Shown: positions 31,824 through 42,179 of the stretch, in pieces
Layout of the letters: each line of letters begins with the position of its first letter
Position numbering within the stretch: the stretch's first letter is position 1
Source of the DNA: Pseudomonadota bacterium
Lineage (GTDB): Bacteria > Myxococcota_A > UBA796 > JAFGLY01
Direction: 5' to 3'
NCBI GenBank assembly: GCA_043814015.1
Contig: JBDRKM010000157.1
Span: 7,010-71,009, forward strand
Length of the DNA: 64,000 nt
Position numbers and translations under genes: made by a program
Notes under the pieces: model-generated
Database searches by the model: none
What the model was told of the DNA's origin: nothing
Seen by the model: only the letters and a program-made list of their open reading frames with translations

Positions 31824-33220
31824 GGGGCCTCCTCGGGCGCGATGTCGGCCCAGGGGACCAGCGCCGGGGGCAGCTCGGGCAGGGGGTCCAGTGGATCGAG
31901 CTGCTCGGCGATGAGGAAGAGCACGCGCCGGGACAGCGCCAGGCTGGCCTCGTCCGTGCCTGGAATGACCGGCACGGTCTCGCCCATGCCGCGGGTGGAG
32001 AGGCGCAGGGGGTGGACCCCGGCCTCCACCAGGGCCTGCACGATGGCGTGGGCGCGGCGGTTGGACAGGGCGTAGTTGTAGGCGTCCTCGCCCTCGACGG
32101 AGGCGTGGCCCTCCACCACGACCTGCAGGATCCAGGGGCTCTCGGCCAGGATGTCGGCCACGGCGAGCAGGGTCGGGCGGGACTCGGGGCGGATCTCTTC
32201 GGTGTCGTAGAAGAACTGGATGGGTTCGCGGATCTCGATGCGCGCGCGGTGCACGCGGGCGAGCTGGCCCTCCTCCCAGGTGGGCGGGGGCGGCTCGGGC
32301 TCCTCCGAGATCTCGATGGGGGGTGCCTCGAGCCAGGGCACCCTGGGCGAGGCCAGGCGCCGGGGGCTGCCCAGGTCGCGCCAGGCCAGGCTGACGGCGC
32401 CCCAGCCGCGGAACTCGCTGGTGCCGTAGCCGTCGGCCAGGCCCTTGCCGACGCCCAGCTCGATGGTGGCGAAGCGCCTGGGGTGCAGGCGGGAGCCCAC
32501 CAGAAGCTCGGAGGAGAGGGTGGCGCGCGGAGTGGGCACCAGCGGCCAGCGGTTCAGCACGGCGGCGGACAGATCGTACAGGCCGGGCCACGGGGAGACG
32601 CGCAGCCCGAGCCCCAGGGTGGCCTCGTTGCCCAGCTCGAAGTCGGCGTCCGTCTCGCGCAGGCGGCGCAGGCAGACCCCGAGATCGGCGTGCAGGCCGA
32701 TGCCATCGCCCTCCACGGCGGGCAGCAGCCCCAGGGCCAGGCGCGGGGCGCCCTCGCCCAGCCAGGCGTCACGGCGGCCGAGCGGCAGCAGGGCGTCGGC
32801 GCGCAGCGCGGCCTGGCCGGCGCCCTTCTGGGCGATGGTCCAGCGGGCGCCGAGGGAGGGATCCGCCAGGCCGGGGCCGTCGGCGGCCAGGGCGGGCTCC
32901 TCGCTGGCCCACTGCCATGCCACCGGCAGGCTCCCGCGCAGGGTGAGGTGGCGGGAGAGGTCGTAGGCCGCGGCGACCTGCAGGGTGTGGCGCTGGGCGA
33001 TGACCGCGCCGGTCTCGTCGCCCTCCACCATCAGCACCAGCGGATCACGGAGGTACTGGGCGAGAAACCCCATGGTCAGGGTCCCGGGCGCGGCGCCCGC
33101 GTGGTCCAGGCCGGCCAGGACCCCTGGGCCGAGCCAGGCGCGCTGCAGCTCCACGTCCACCGAGGCGCCCTCCGCGCGCGCGGCCGCGGACAGGGCGAGC
33201 CCCAGCAGCAGGGCGATCAT
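31820..33220 (-). CDS. Outer-membrane beta-barrel + OmpA-like domain protein (TraB-like, no TSP3 linker)
   Basis: Signal; QYLRDPLV, GKGLADGYGTSEFR; IQFFYD...VEGHAS...YNYALSNRRA...GMGE...SRRVLF. Confidence 0.85.
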
Positions 33221-34461
33221 GGCGCGGCCTCCTCGGGTGGATCCTCGGGCTCGTCGCCCCAGGGCTCGTCCACCCCCAGCTCCCGGGCCAGGTCGCGGTC
33301 GTAGGCCCCCACGAGGGCCTCGGCGTGTGCGCGGTCGTAGAAGCGGTCGGGGTGCCGGAGGCGGTCGGCGGCGCCCAGGCGCAGCAGCGGCGCGCCGCTG
33401 GCCACCAGGGCGCCGGACACGCTGACCACCACCCCGGTCCAGCCCAGCTGCAGGCCGTCGGTGCGCACGGCGTAGGTGTTGGCCGAGCTCGCCGTGTCGA
33501 AGCCCACGATCATCTGGGCGAGCCCCGCGATCTGCAGGGCGCCGGCCGACAGGCCCAGGGCCAGGGCCGGCAGGGCGCGGCTGCTCCGCAGGCGCCGCAG
33601 TCGGGCGGTGCCCGCGCTGTCCCCGAGCTGCAACGCGGCGTGCAGGCTGGTCAGGCTGGCGCCGTCGCCCCCCCGCAGGCTCCAGTCCGGGCCGCGGTCG
33701 GCCGGGCCGTCCACATCCACGATCCGCAGGGAGAGATCCCGGGCGAGCTGCTCGGGGCCGCGGGGATCGTCGGCCATGACCCGGGCGACACGGACCCCGG
33801 TGGAGGGCACCGGGCCGCAATCGCCCACCTCGTCCACCCGCCAGCGCGCGTCGGGAGCGGCCCGCACCAGGAGGCCGCAGGCGGCGTCGGCCGCGCTCAG
33901 GGCGGTGGGCATGGCGCTCATGGGATCGGGCTGCAGCGCGATCTGCACGGTGCGGACGGTGGCCCACTGCGCGAACTGGGTGGCCACCATGGTGGCGGCC
34001 TCGGCGCCGTAGGCCGCCACCACGACGCGCAGATGCTGCTCGACCGCGAGGTCCTGCACGCGCTCGCGCAGCGCCTCGCGGGTGAGGTGGCGGCGGCCCT
34101 CCACCAGCACACCGTGGCCCTCGTCGCAGCTGCCCCAGCGCCTCAGCTCCCAGCGGTCGCCGCCGCTCGGGCTGAGGGAGACCCCGCAGCGGGCGCCCTC
34201 CTCGCCCAGGGCCAGGGCCATCTGCACGGCGATGGGCTGGTCGTCGGCCAGCGGCACGAAGCGCAGGGGCAGGTCGGGCCGCACCCGCTGGACCCGCGTG
34301 CGCCAGGCGTCAGGCCGTTCGCCCTCCACCGCCACCAGGACCATGTCGCCCTCTACGATCTGGGTGAGGATCAGCTCGAGCACCGCGCGCCGGGCCTCCA
34401 GCGCGGCGGGCTCGGCCGCGGCCGCTCCAGCCAGGGCGATGGCGGTCAGGACACCGAGCAT
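33217..34461 (-). CDS. Hypothetical exported protein with two C-terminal hydrophobic helices
   Basis: Signal MLGVLTAIALAG; internal duplicated motif (A..ACG...W.....GxC); coupled to neighbours. Confidence 0.7.
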   Translation of the reverse strand: MLGVLTAIALAGAAAAEPAALEARRAVLELILTQIVEGDMVLVAVEGERPDAWRTRVQRVRPDLPLRFVPLADDQPIAVQMALALGEEGARCGVSLSPSGGDRWELRRWGSCDEGHGVLVEGRRHLTREALRERVQDLAVEQHLRVVVAAYGAEAATMVATQFAQWATVRTVQIALQPDPMSAMPTALSAADAACGLLVRAAPDARWRVDEVGDCGPVPSTGVRVARVMADDPRGPEQLARDLSLRIVDVDGPADRGPDWSLRGGDGASLTSLHAALQLGDSAGTARLRRLRSSRALPALALGLSAGALQIAGLAQMIVGFDTASSANTYAVRTDGLQLGWTGVVVSVSGALVASGAPLLRLGAADRLRHPDRFYDRAHAEALVGAYDRDLARELGVDEPWGDEPEDPPEEAAP

Positions 34462-34472
34462 GGGGGTGCCGG

Positions 34473-36011
34473 CTACCAGCAGGCGATGATCAGGGGGCTG
34501 CCCGCGGCATGCTGGACCTGGCCGCCGCTGTCCTGCCACGTGACCGTGGGCGCGGGGGTCTGGGTGCGGGGCAGGCAGGCCTCTTCGGTGAGCCCCAGGG
34601 TGTAGCCGATACAGGCGGTGTCGTAGATGGTCTGCTCGTCCGAGTCGGTGTCGATGGCGGCGTCCATGGCCAGCTGCCAGGTGTAGGTGACGCTGCCATC
34701 CTCGGCGGTGCTCTGGCTGCTGGGCGACAAGGTGAAGTCGCCCGCGCTCATGCCGGCGGGGATGGTCTCGGTGACCTCGGCCGTGGTGGGCTGGCGCCCG
34801 AGGTTGGTGGCCTGGATCTCGACGTAGGAGGTCCCGCCGGCGACGGTCTCGATGAAGCCCCGGGTGCGGCCCACGATCATCACGGGGTTCTCGTCGAGGT
34901 CCTGCCAGACCGTGCTGTTTGGATCCCAGTCGCCCGAGAGCATGGTGTCCAGCAGCATGGCGGGCACCTGGGCGCCGGTGAAGTCGAAGTCGGTGGCGTC
35001 ATCCGTCATCTGGGTCAGCTCGACGCACCACCAGGCGGGCACGTCCTGCATCCCATAGGCGAAGGTCACGCTGTCGCTGGGGGCCAGCTCGATGCTGCCC
35101 TCCTCGCCGTAGACGTGGGCCTCGACGTAGGCGGGGTCGCCGGCACCGGCGTCCTGGGTGTCGTCGCTGATGAAGACGTACCAGCGGTCGATGCACACAT
35201 CGAGGTCGTCGCCGCGGTTGCGCACCGTGATCCCGCCCATGTCGCCGGTCATGCGGACCAGATCGCGGGTATAGGCCTCGTGCAGGCCCAGGCAGGGGAT
35301 CTGGAAGAGGCCCTCGAGGGTGGCCACCTCGTGGCCCTCCAGATCGTTGGAGCTGGCCCAGAAGTAGCCGAAGTCGTCCATCTCGGCGGTGGGGGTCCAG
35401 GAGACCTGGACCACGGTCTCCTCGCCGGGCGCCAGGGTGCCGGGCAGCTCGGACTCGGCGGTGAAGCGCTCGCCCTGCAGGGCCCAGCTGTCCACCACGA
35501 GATCGGCCAGGCCGTCGTTGCGGGCGATGAAGCTGCCGTAGGCCGTCTCACCGTCGAAGGACTGCAGCAGCAGGTAGGGCGGGTCGAACACGAGGTCGGG
35601 CATGACGCCCTCGCCCAGGAGGTCCACCATGATGCGCGGGACCGTCGCGTCGCTGCTCACCACCACCTCGGCGGCATCGTCGGGGGTGGCCGGGGTGTAG
35701 AGCACCTCGACCGAGATGGCCTGGCCCGGGGCCAGGTCGCCCTCCACCGGGTCGCCCAGGAGGGTGAAGGCGCCCGAGCCGTGGATGTGGAGCTCGTCCA
35801 GCGCCACGGTGGCGGTGCCCACGCTGGTGATGGTGAAGCGATCGGCCACGGGCTCGCCGGCCATGACCTGTCCGAAATCGATGACCTCGGGATCCACGCG
35901 GAGCTGGCGATCACCGCCACCATCCGGGCCGTCGCCGATCTCATGGACCCGATAGTCTGGGCAGCCCCCGAGGAGGAGGGCGAGGGACAGCAGGGTGGGG
36001 CGTGCGGACAT
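34473..36011 (-). CDS. Lipoprotein with two choice-of-anchor-D/ASH Ig-like domains
   Basis: LGGC lipobox; VDPEVIDFG, LAPG...V.YTP, SSD/SND...LxG motifs twice. Confidence 0.85.
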   Translation of the reverse strand: MSARPTLLSLALLLGGCPDYRVHEIGDGPDGGGDRQLRVDPEVIDFGQVMAGEPVADRFTITSVGTATVALDELHIHGSGAFTLLGDPVEGDLAPGQAISVEVLYTPATPDDAAEVVVSSDATVPRIMVDLLGEGVMPDLVFDPPYLLLQSFDGETAYGSFIARNDGLADLVVDSWALQGERFTAESELPGTLAPGEETVVQVSWTPTAEMDDFGYFWASSNDLEGHEVATLEGLFQIPCLGLHEAYTRDLVRMTGDMGGITVRNRGDDLDVCIDRWYVFISDDTQDAGAGDPAYVEAHVYGEEGSIELAPSDSVTFAYGMQDVPAWWCVELTQMTDDATDFDFTGAQVPAMLLDTMLSGDWDPNSTVWQDLDENPVMIVGRTRGFIETVAGGTSYVEIQATNLGRQPTTAEVTETIPAGMSAGDFTLSPSSQSTAEDGSVTYTWQLAMDAAIDTDSDEQTIYDTACIGYTLGLTEEACLPRTQTPAPTVTWQDSGGQVQHAAGSPLIIACW

Positions 36012-36101
36012 GGGGGCTCCCGGCGCGGCAGCGTTCATCCTTGCTCGGAACCGGGGTGCTGGCAACTGGTGGTTTGTTGACCCGGTGTTACGGGCACCGC
36101 G

Positions 36102-36953
36102 ATGCACCCGCTATACGCCGACCCCAGCGAGCGCGCCGCCCTGATGTCCCTGTTGGACGCCACCTGGCCGGGCCTCGCCGCGCGCTTCGACGCCGCCGCC
36201 CGCCTCGGCTGGCCGGTGGGAGAGCACAGCACGCCCTTCGTCACGCGCGAGGGTGGGCGCCTCGCGAGCCACGTGGGCGTGCTCGACCTGCCGGTGATGC
36301 TCGGCGGCCGGGAGCGCCGCATCGCGGGCCTGCACGGGGTCTGCACCCTGCCGGAGGCGCGCCGGCGGGGGCACGCCCGCGCCGCCCTGGCCCAGGCCAT
36401 GGAGCACGTCGCGGCCCACTTCGGCGCCGCCAAGCTCCAGACCGACAAGCCCTGGCTCTACGGGCCCTTCGGCTTCCGCGTCGTCCCCCAGCACCGCTTC
36501 CGGTTGAACCGTCGCGGCCGCGCCGGGCCGGGCAGCGCGCCGGTGGGGGCCGAGGATCTCCCCTGGCTGCGCCAGGTCCTGGCCACGCGCGCGCCCCTCT
36601 CCCGGCGCTTCGCCGCGCGGGATGACGGCTGGCTGGTGGGCATCGACACCGTGCTGCGCCGTGGTGATCTCAGCCTGCTGCACCGCGTGGCGCACCTGGA
36701 CTGCGCCGTGGCCTGGGAGCTGCGTGGTCGCACGCTGCTGCTCGACCAGGTCATCGCCCCGCGCCTGCCCCTGCTCGTCGAGCTGCTCGCGGCCGCGCCC
36801 TGGGACTTCGACGCCGTGGAGTTCCGCTTCAGCCCCGACCGCCTGGCGCCTGAGGCCCTGCCCCAGCCCGAGACCGGCGAGGACGCGCTCATGGTCTGGG
36901 GCGACTGGCCCGCGCTGCCGCCCTTCGCGGTGCCGCCGCTGGAGCAGCACTGA
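36102..36953 (+). CDS. GNAT family N-acetyltransferase
   Basis: GVCTLPEARRRGHARA acetyl-CoA motif; LYGPFGF. Confidence 0.85.
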   Translation: MHPLYADPSERAALMSLLDATWPGLAARFDAAARLGWPVGEHSTPFVTREGGRLASHVGVLDLPVMLGGRERRIAGLHGVCTLPEARRRGHARAALAQAMEHVAAHFGAAKLQTDKPWLYGPFGFRVVPQHRFRLNRRGRAGPGSAPVGAEDLPWLRQVLATRAPLSRRFAARDDGWLVGIDTVLRRGDLSLLHRVAHLDCAVAWELRGRTLLLDQVIAPRLPLLVELLAAAPWDFDAVEFRFSPDRLAPEALPQPETGEDALMVWGDWPALPPFAVPPLEQH

Positions 36954-36956
36954 CCG

Positions 36957-37766
36957 CTACCGGCCGGCGTCCTGGCAGCACCTGAACCCGATCTCGTAGA
37001 AGCGGAACCCATCGCCGTGGGTGGTGACGGCGGACTGGCAGGTGCGGCTCTCGGCCCAGTAGCGGCCCTTGAGGCTGCCGTGGAAGCTGGCGCTGCCGCC
37101 GTCGGCCCGGCGGGTCCACTCCTCCACGTTGCCCACCAGGTCGAAGACCCCCGCCTCGCCCGCGCAGCCGGGGTTCTCCCCGCCGCCCTCACCTTGATAC
37201 AACGCTGATACATGGGTGGCGGCCTGGGCTCCGCCGGCGGTTCCGGCGGCGGCCTCCAGCAGCGCCTCCAGGCTCTCGATCCCGGGCCCGGACACATCCC
37301 AGGGCCAGAGGTTCAGCAGGTCCTGGTCGTACACGCGCCAGGTCTCCTCGTCGTTGCACACGCCGGGCTCATGGGTGTCGCCGTAGGGGTAGGCCAGGCC
37401 GGCCGCGCCCTCGCAGGCCGCCAGCCACTCGCGGTCCAGGCACAGGCGCTTGCCGTGGGCCGCGCACCAGGCCACGGCCTCGTCGAAGGTGTACATCACC
37501 AGGGGCGGGGCCCCGGCGCGGTTGGGCGCCTCGTACAGGTCCATGCAGGCCGCGCCCACCAGCGCCATGTCCGCGGGGCAGGGCGCGGGCGGGGCGGTGT
37601 CCTCGGGGGGCGCGCTGTCCCGGGGGCGCGATGTGTCGGATGTGTCACGGGGGGCTGTGTCATCCCGAGCGGGGGGCGCGGCGGGCTCATGGCGCGTCAG
37701 GCCGCCGCTGCCGCAGCCCAGCAGGCCGAGGGCGAGCGGGCCGAAGGGGAGCAGCGTCAGGCGCAC
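36957..37766 (-). CDS. FGE-sulfatase fold lipoprotein
   Basis: GTG start, LLGC; CPADM, CMDLYEAPN, GKRLC..EW..AC, DLVGNVEEW, GFRCC. Confidence 0.85.
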   Translation of the reverse strand: MRLTLLPFGPLALGLLGCGSGGLTRHEPAAPPARDDTAPRDTSDTSRPRDSAPPEDTAPPAPCPADMALVGAACMDLYEAPNRAGAPPLVMYTFDEAVAWCAAHGKRLCLDREWLAACEGAAGLAYPYGDTHEPGVCNDEETWRVYDQDLLNLWPWDVSGPGIESLEALLEAAAGTAGGAQAATHVSALYQGEGGGENPGCAGEAGVFDLVGNVEEWTRRADGGSASFHGSLKGRYWAESRTCQSAVTTHGDGFRFYEIGFRCCQDAGR

Positions 37767-38569
37767 CCGATCTCCAGCAGGAATGCGCGCAGCGCCGCGT
37801 TGAAGGCCTCCGGATCCTCCACCTGGGGGGAGTGACCCAGCCCCTCCAGCGAGACGAGGCGGGCTCCGGGGATGCGGGCGGCCAGCTGTCGTCCGTTGCC
37901 GGGTGGGCTCATGACGTCGGCGGTGCCGTGGATCACCAGGGCGGGCGGGCGCAGGCCGGGGAGGTCGTCCCAGCGGTCGAAGCTGTCCCAGGCCTGCCAC
38001 TGCCGCGCCAGGCCCGGTGCGGACTGGGGGTGGGCGGCCCACCAGCGCGCCAGGCGGTCGAGGCGCGCGGCGTGGCGCTCGCAGAAGCCGGGACCGAACA
38101 GGCGCGGCATCAGGCCCTCGCGCCAGGCCTCGGCGCAGAGGGTGCTCGAGCTGCGCAGCAGCTCGTGGGCCTGGGGATCGCCGGCGAGCTGCTCCGGCCC
38201 GCCGCCGGAGGTGGAGACCAGCACCACCCCGAGCGCGCGCCCGGGCCAGCCGAGGGCCAACTCCTGGACCACGCGCCCGCCGAAGCTGACCCCGATGAAC
38301 ACAGCCCGATACAGACCGAGGTGGTTCAGCAGCGCCACGAGGTCGCCGGCGAAGTCGTGGATGGACGTGTCCGCGTCCACCGCCTCGGAGCCGCCCACGC
38401 CGCGCTGGTTGTAGGTGAGCACGCGATGGGTGCGCTTGAAGGCCTGCACCTGGTGGTACCAGGACTCCCGCAGCCCACCCAGCCCGTTGACGAACACCAG
38501 GGCGGTGCCCCCCGCGGGCCCGCCCAGGCCGTACTCCAGCCGCGGGTGGGTGGGGGAGAGGGGTGACAT
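37757..38569 (-). CDS. Alpha/beta fold hydrolase
   Basis: GVSFGG nucleophile elbow, HGTAD, GH..Q.E.PEAF. Confidence 0.9.
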   Translation of the reverse strand: MSPLSPTHPRLEYGLGGPAGGTALVFVNGLGGLRESWYHQVQAFKRTHRVLTYNQRGVGGSEAVDADTSIHDFAGDLVALLNHLGLYRAVFIGVSFGGRVVQELALGWPGRALGVVLVSTSGGGPEQLAGDPQAHELLRSSSTLCAEAWREGLMPRLFGPGFCERHAARLDRLARWWAAHPQSAPGLARQWQAWDSFDRWDDLPGLRPPALVIHGTADVMSPPGNGRQLAARIPGARLVSLEGLGHSPQVEDPEAFNAALRAFLLEIGCA

Positions 38570-38588
38570 CGCGGGCGGGGTGGACCGG

Positions 38589-39308
38589 CTACCGGGGGAG
38601 GGTGAACCAGAAGCAGGCGCCCTGGCCGGGGGTGGACTCCACGCCGATCCCACCGCCGTGCAGCGTGAGGATCTTGCGGCAGATCGCCAGGCCCATGCCG
38701 ATCCCCGCGCGCGGATCGAGGCCGCGACCGAAGGGCTCGAAGATGGAGGCGTGCAGCCTGGGGTCGATCCCCTTGCCCTGGTCGTGCATCTCGAAGCGCC
38801 AGAATCCATCCTGGGCGTGCGCGACCAGGCGACCGTGGGGCGCACCGTCGCCGGGGAAGCGCAGCACGTTGCGGACCAGGTGCTCGATCACCAGCGCCAG
38901 CTGGTCGGCGTTGGCCACCACGATGGGCAGGCTGCCGCGCTCGATGGAACCCCCGCAGGCCGCCAGCTCCGGGCCGAGGCGGATGAGGACCTCGGCGAGC
39001 ACTGCGCCGGCGTCCACCTCGGCGCGGGGCGCGTGCGCCTCGAGGCGCATCAGGCCCACCAGCGCATCGATCATGTCGTTCAGGCGCTGGACGCCGTCCA
39101 TGGCCTTGTCGATGAGCTGCACCCCGCGCGCGTCGAGCAGCCCGCGGTACTTGAAGGAGATCAGCTCGACGTAGCCGGAGATGACGTGCAGCGGCTGGCG
39201 CAGGTCGTGGGAGACGCAGCGCGCCATGACCGCGAGCTCGGCCTCGAGGCGGGCGATCTCGGTGGTGTCGTCGCGTTCTTGCAAGACAGGGCTCCTGGGG
39301 GGTTCCAC
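38589..39308 (-). CDS. Histidine kinase core (HisKA + HATPase) without sensor domain
   Basis: SHDLRQPL, N-box LVRN, DQGKGID, IFEPF, GIGMGLAIC, HGG. Confidence 0.85.
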   Translation of the reverse strand: MEPPRSPVLQERDDTTEIARLEAELAVMARCVSHDLRQPLHVISGYVELISFKYRGLLDARGVQLIDKAMDGVQRLNDMIDALVGLMRLEAHAPRAEVDAGAVLAEVLIRLGPELAACGGSIERGSLPIVVANADQLALVIEHLVRNVLRFPGDGAPHGRLVAHAQDGFWRFEMHDQGKGIDPRLHASIFEPFGRGLDPRAGIGMGLAICRKILTLHGGGIGVESTPGQGACFWFTLPR

Positions 39309-39371
39309 GTGAAACGGATGTTTATCAGGTGAGGAGGGTTGCCGCCTGAGGGTGGGGCAGCGTCGAGGGCA

Positions 39372-39656
39372 CTACCCCTCCTCGATGGCCTGCCCCCATT
39401 TATCCAACTCCGCCCCGCACTGCTGGCAGGTCCAGCCGCCCCAGAGGGCCTGGCGCAGGCTGGTGGGTTTGCGCACGGCCGGCAGCTTCCAGCCGCAGCG
39501 CGGGCAGTCGGTGCGCTTCACGTTGATGCCCCAGCGGCCCTTCCGTTGGACGCTCTGGTAGATCATGAACCCCACCAGCGCGGTCATCGCGAGCCCAACG
39601 AGGGCGAACACGCCGAGGATGAAGAGGATGATCAAGGCTTCTCCGGCTCCCATCAT
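39372..39656 (-). CDS. Small membrane protein with zinc ribbon
   Basis: GGAGG RBS; TM helix; CPRCG...WGGWTCQQCG..LDKWG. Confidence 0.75.
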   Translation of the reverse strand: MMGAGEALIILFILGVFALVGLAMTALVGFMIYQSVQRKGRWGINVKRTDCPRCGWKLPAVRKPTSLRQALWGGWTCQQCGAELDKWGQAIEEG

Positions 39657-39671
39657 GGTGCTGTCCTCCGC

Positions 39672-40550
39672 CTACCAGCCGGTCTCGATCTCGGCGTCCT
39701 GGCCGTCGAGCAGCAGCACCCCCCACTCGGCGGCGTGGAAGCCCTCGCGGGACACGGGCGCGGCCTGCCAGGGCTCAGTCGGGTGGCAGCCGGCGCGGAT
39801 CGCGAAGTTCGCCCGCACGACCTGCTCGGGCGCGGGATCGATGATCAGCGGGTAGAGCTCGGGACCCTGGGGGTAGACGGTCTGCCAGGCCCGGCTGGGG
39901 AAGACCGGGTCCCAGAAGTCGGAGAAGTCCTCGATCTCGGCCGGCAGGAAGCCGAGATCGGCCATGGCGGCCTCGACGCTGGCCTGGGCCTGCGCCCCGC
40001 GTACGCACCAGCCGCGCTCCAGCTGCAGGGCGGCGCGGTCCAGCGCCAGCTCGTAGTAGAGGTAGTGCCGCGGGCCGCCGGGCGTGAGCACGGTGCCGCC
40101 GGGGAGGGCCAGCAGGTCCCATCCACCGCGCGGATACGGTGGTTCGGATTCGATCACGCGGCGGTGGTCGGGGAGCAGGATCGCGGTGGCCGTGGGCTCC
40201 TTCGGGTACAGGTAGAGGTAGGGCGCGCGCACCGCCTCCATCTCCACGAGGTCGAGGTCCAGGTCGGTGACCTCCCCCTGCGTGATGCTGACCCCGGCGC
40301 TCGCCGAGCAGCCACCGACCATGGCGCCCACCAGGTACTCTCCGGGCGCGAGCGCGGCGCCGAAGCCGTGCCCGCTGACCTCGAGCTCTTGCGCCGGCGG
40401 ATCGTCCTCGGTGTCCAGGGTGACCGTGACCGTCTCAGGCATGTCGCAGCCGTTCGAGGTGATGTGGCCGTCGAGGTAGCCCTCGGTGGAAGGGTCGAAC
40501 TCGGGGCCGCAGGCGGCGAGCAGGGCGAGCAGGGGGGTGATTGGGCGCAT
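39672..40550 (-). CDS. Lipoprotein with carboxypeptidase-regulatory-like domain and 'KPxIYLYP'-type domain
   Basis: LAAC; RAPYLYLYP, YLYYE, EIEDFSDFW, REGFHAAEWG. Confidence 0.75.
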   Translation of the reverse strand: MRPITPLLALLAACGPEFDPSTEGYLDGHITSNGCDMPETVTVTLDTEDDPPAQELEVSGHGFGAALAPGEYLVGAMVGGCSASAGVSITQGEVTDLDLDLVEMEAVRAPYLYLYPKEPTATAILLPDHRRVIESEPPYPRGGWDLLALPGGTVLTPGGPRHYLYYELALDRAALQLERGWCVRGAQAQASVEAAMADLGFLPAEIEDFSDFWDPVFPSRAWQTVYPQGPELYPLIIDPAPEQVVRANFAIRAGCHPTEPWQAAPVSREGFHAAEWGVLLLDGQDAEIETGW

Positions 40551-40623
40551 GGGGGCTCCTGGTGGCGAGGAGATGATAGCCCCGCGGGTGCGCGGGCGCC
40601 GAGATCTCTACCGCGCGGGGGGA

Positions 40624-40652
40624 TTGAGGGCGGGTACGCTTTCTCGTATACT
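40624..40652 (+). promoter_or_regulatory. Sigma70-type promoter, probably leaderless
   Basis: TTGAGG-17 nt-TATACT, then 7 nt to ATG 40660 with no RBS. Confidence 0.55.
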
Positions 40653-40659
40653 CGCGCCC

Positions 40660-41310
40660 ATGGCAGCCTCCCGCGCTCGGCTCCCCTCGTCGCGTCCCGC
40701 CCTGGTGGCGGCGCTGCCGTTGCTGGCCGGCTGCGCCATGCACGTGGGGTCGTCCTCCAGCGTGCTCCAGGCGCGTGAGCCGGTGGCCCTCGGAGAGGAC
40801 GGTTCGGATCTGCGCGCGGGCCTGCGCGGCTACGAGCTGGGCTTCCAGGTGCAGGTGCCCTACGCGGTCACCCTCCTGGGAGCCTCGGCCAACGTCGGGG
40901 AGGCCCGGGCGCTGGGGGTCGGCGCGCTGGAGGATGGCCAACTGGCGCCGCTCGTGCGCACCGCCGACGTGGGCTCCTGGCAGGCGATGGTGGGGCTGGC
41001 CGTGCCCCTGCCGGCCGTGAAGGGCGTCCGGCTGGCGCCCTACGGGTCCTGGAGCCACCGCCTCCTGCCCATGGACGAGCCCTCCATCGTCACCACCACG
41101 GAGCTGGGCCTGCAGATCCTGCCCCGGGAGCCCTGGGGTTTCTTTGGCGACGAGCTGCGGCAGGGCTTCGCCGCGCGCGTCGGCATCTGCTGGGCCAAGG
41201 GACAATTCGGCGACGAGGAATGGGAGAACCCGCCGTTCACCGCCCGGGGCCTGCTGTTCGCCATCGACTACCGCCTGCTGTTCTCCGACGTCGAGAAGTG
41301 GGAGCTGTGA
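40660..41310 (+). CDS. Hypothetical lipoprotein, beta-strand rich
   Basis: LAGC; alternating-pattern strands. Confidence 0.65.
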   Translation: MAASRARLPSSRPALVAALPLLAGCAMHVGSSSSVLQAREPVALGEDGSDLRAGLRGYELGFQVQVPYAVTLLGASANVGEARALGVGALEDGQLAPLVRTADVGSWQAMVGLAVPLPAVKGVRLAPYGSWSHRLLPMDEPSIVTTTELGLQILPREPWGFFGDELRQGFAARVGICWAKGQFGDEEWENPPFTARGLLFAIDYRLLFSDVEKWEL

Positions 41311-42179
41311 TGCTGGTCGGGCTCACCGCGCTGCTGCTGGCCACCGCCCCCGCGGGCGCCTCGGAGGCCAAGGAGGCGGCCCTGGTGCGGGGCGGGTACG
41401 CCGCCTCCTTTGGCGCCGCCATGCTCCCGCCCACCGCCTCCCGCGGCCTGGTCACCTCCCTCACCTACTACGAGTACAGCGGCCCCTTCGCGCGGATCCT
41501 GGCGCTCGCCTCGCGCAACCCGCTGCCGCCCAAGACCGAGGTCGAGCTGCTGGACGTGGAGCTCGAGTGCGAGCGTTTCTACGACAACTGCCACTTCGTC
41601 TACACCTACCAATTCACCTACCCCTCCGCGGCCGACTGGAGTCGGTATGTGTCGGATCTCGACCACTTCGACGAGGTGGCGCACGGCATCCTGCACAACG
41701 GCGTCCCCATCGAGGTCTCCTTCGACATCGCCTCGCCCTACCTGGGGGGCGACGCCTGGGGCGGGCAATTCCTGGTGTCACGCCGCTTCCAGAAGCTGGG
41801 CTGGGCGGGGCTGCCCGTGGTGCGGGTCAACGTCGGGGTGGGAGCCGGGGGCTACATCTTCAGCGACCTCGCCCGCACCGAGGTCAGCGCGGGCGATGAC
41901 GGCGTGCTGACCTCGGCCGAGGTCACGGACGACTACCAGTACACCTTCGTGGGGATGCCTCTGCGCATCACCGCCTTCCCCATCCCCTGGGTGGCGCCCT
42001 TCGCGCAGTACGACCTCAACGTGCTCTCCGCGCTGAGAGACCGCGACCACCAGCCCTCGCCCCTGCACGCCGGCCTGGAGTTCTACCTGAAGTTCGTCTA
42101 CCTGCGCGCCGAGGTGGTCACCACCGTCCGTCAGCCTGGGGCCCTGTCCTTCGGGGGGGAGGTGGGCTTTGGCGGCTAG
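41310..42179 (+). CDS. Hypothetical exported protein, probable outer-membrane barrel
   Basis: Signal; terminal strand SFGGEVGFGG; TGATG coupling with the upstream gene. Confidence 0.7.
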   Translation: MLVGLTALLLATAPAGASEAKEAALVRGGYAASFGAAMLPPTASRGLVTSLTYYEYSGPFARILALASRNPLPPKTEVELLDVELECERFYDNCHFVYTYQFTYPSAADWSRYVSDLDHFDEVAHGILHNGVPIEVSFDIASPYLGGDAWGGQFLVSRRFQKLGWAGLPVVRVNVGVGAGGYIFSDLARTEVSAGDDGVLTSAEVTDDYQYTFVGMPLRITAFPIPWVAPFAQYDLNVLSALRDRDHQPSPLHAGLEFYLKFVYLRAEVVTTVRQPGALSFGGEVGFGG

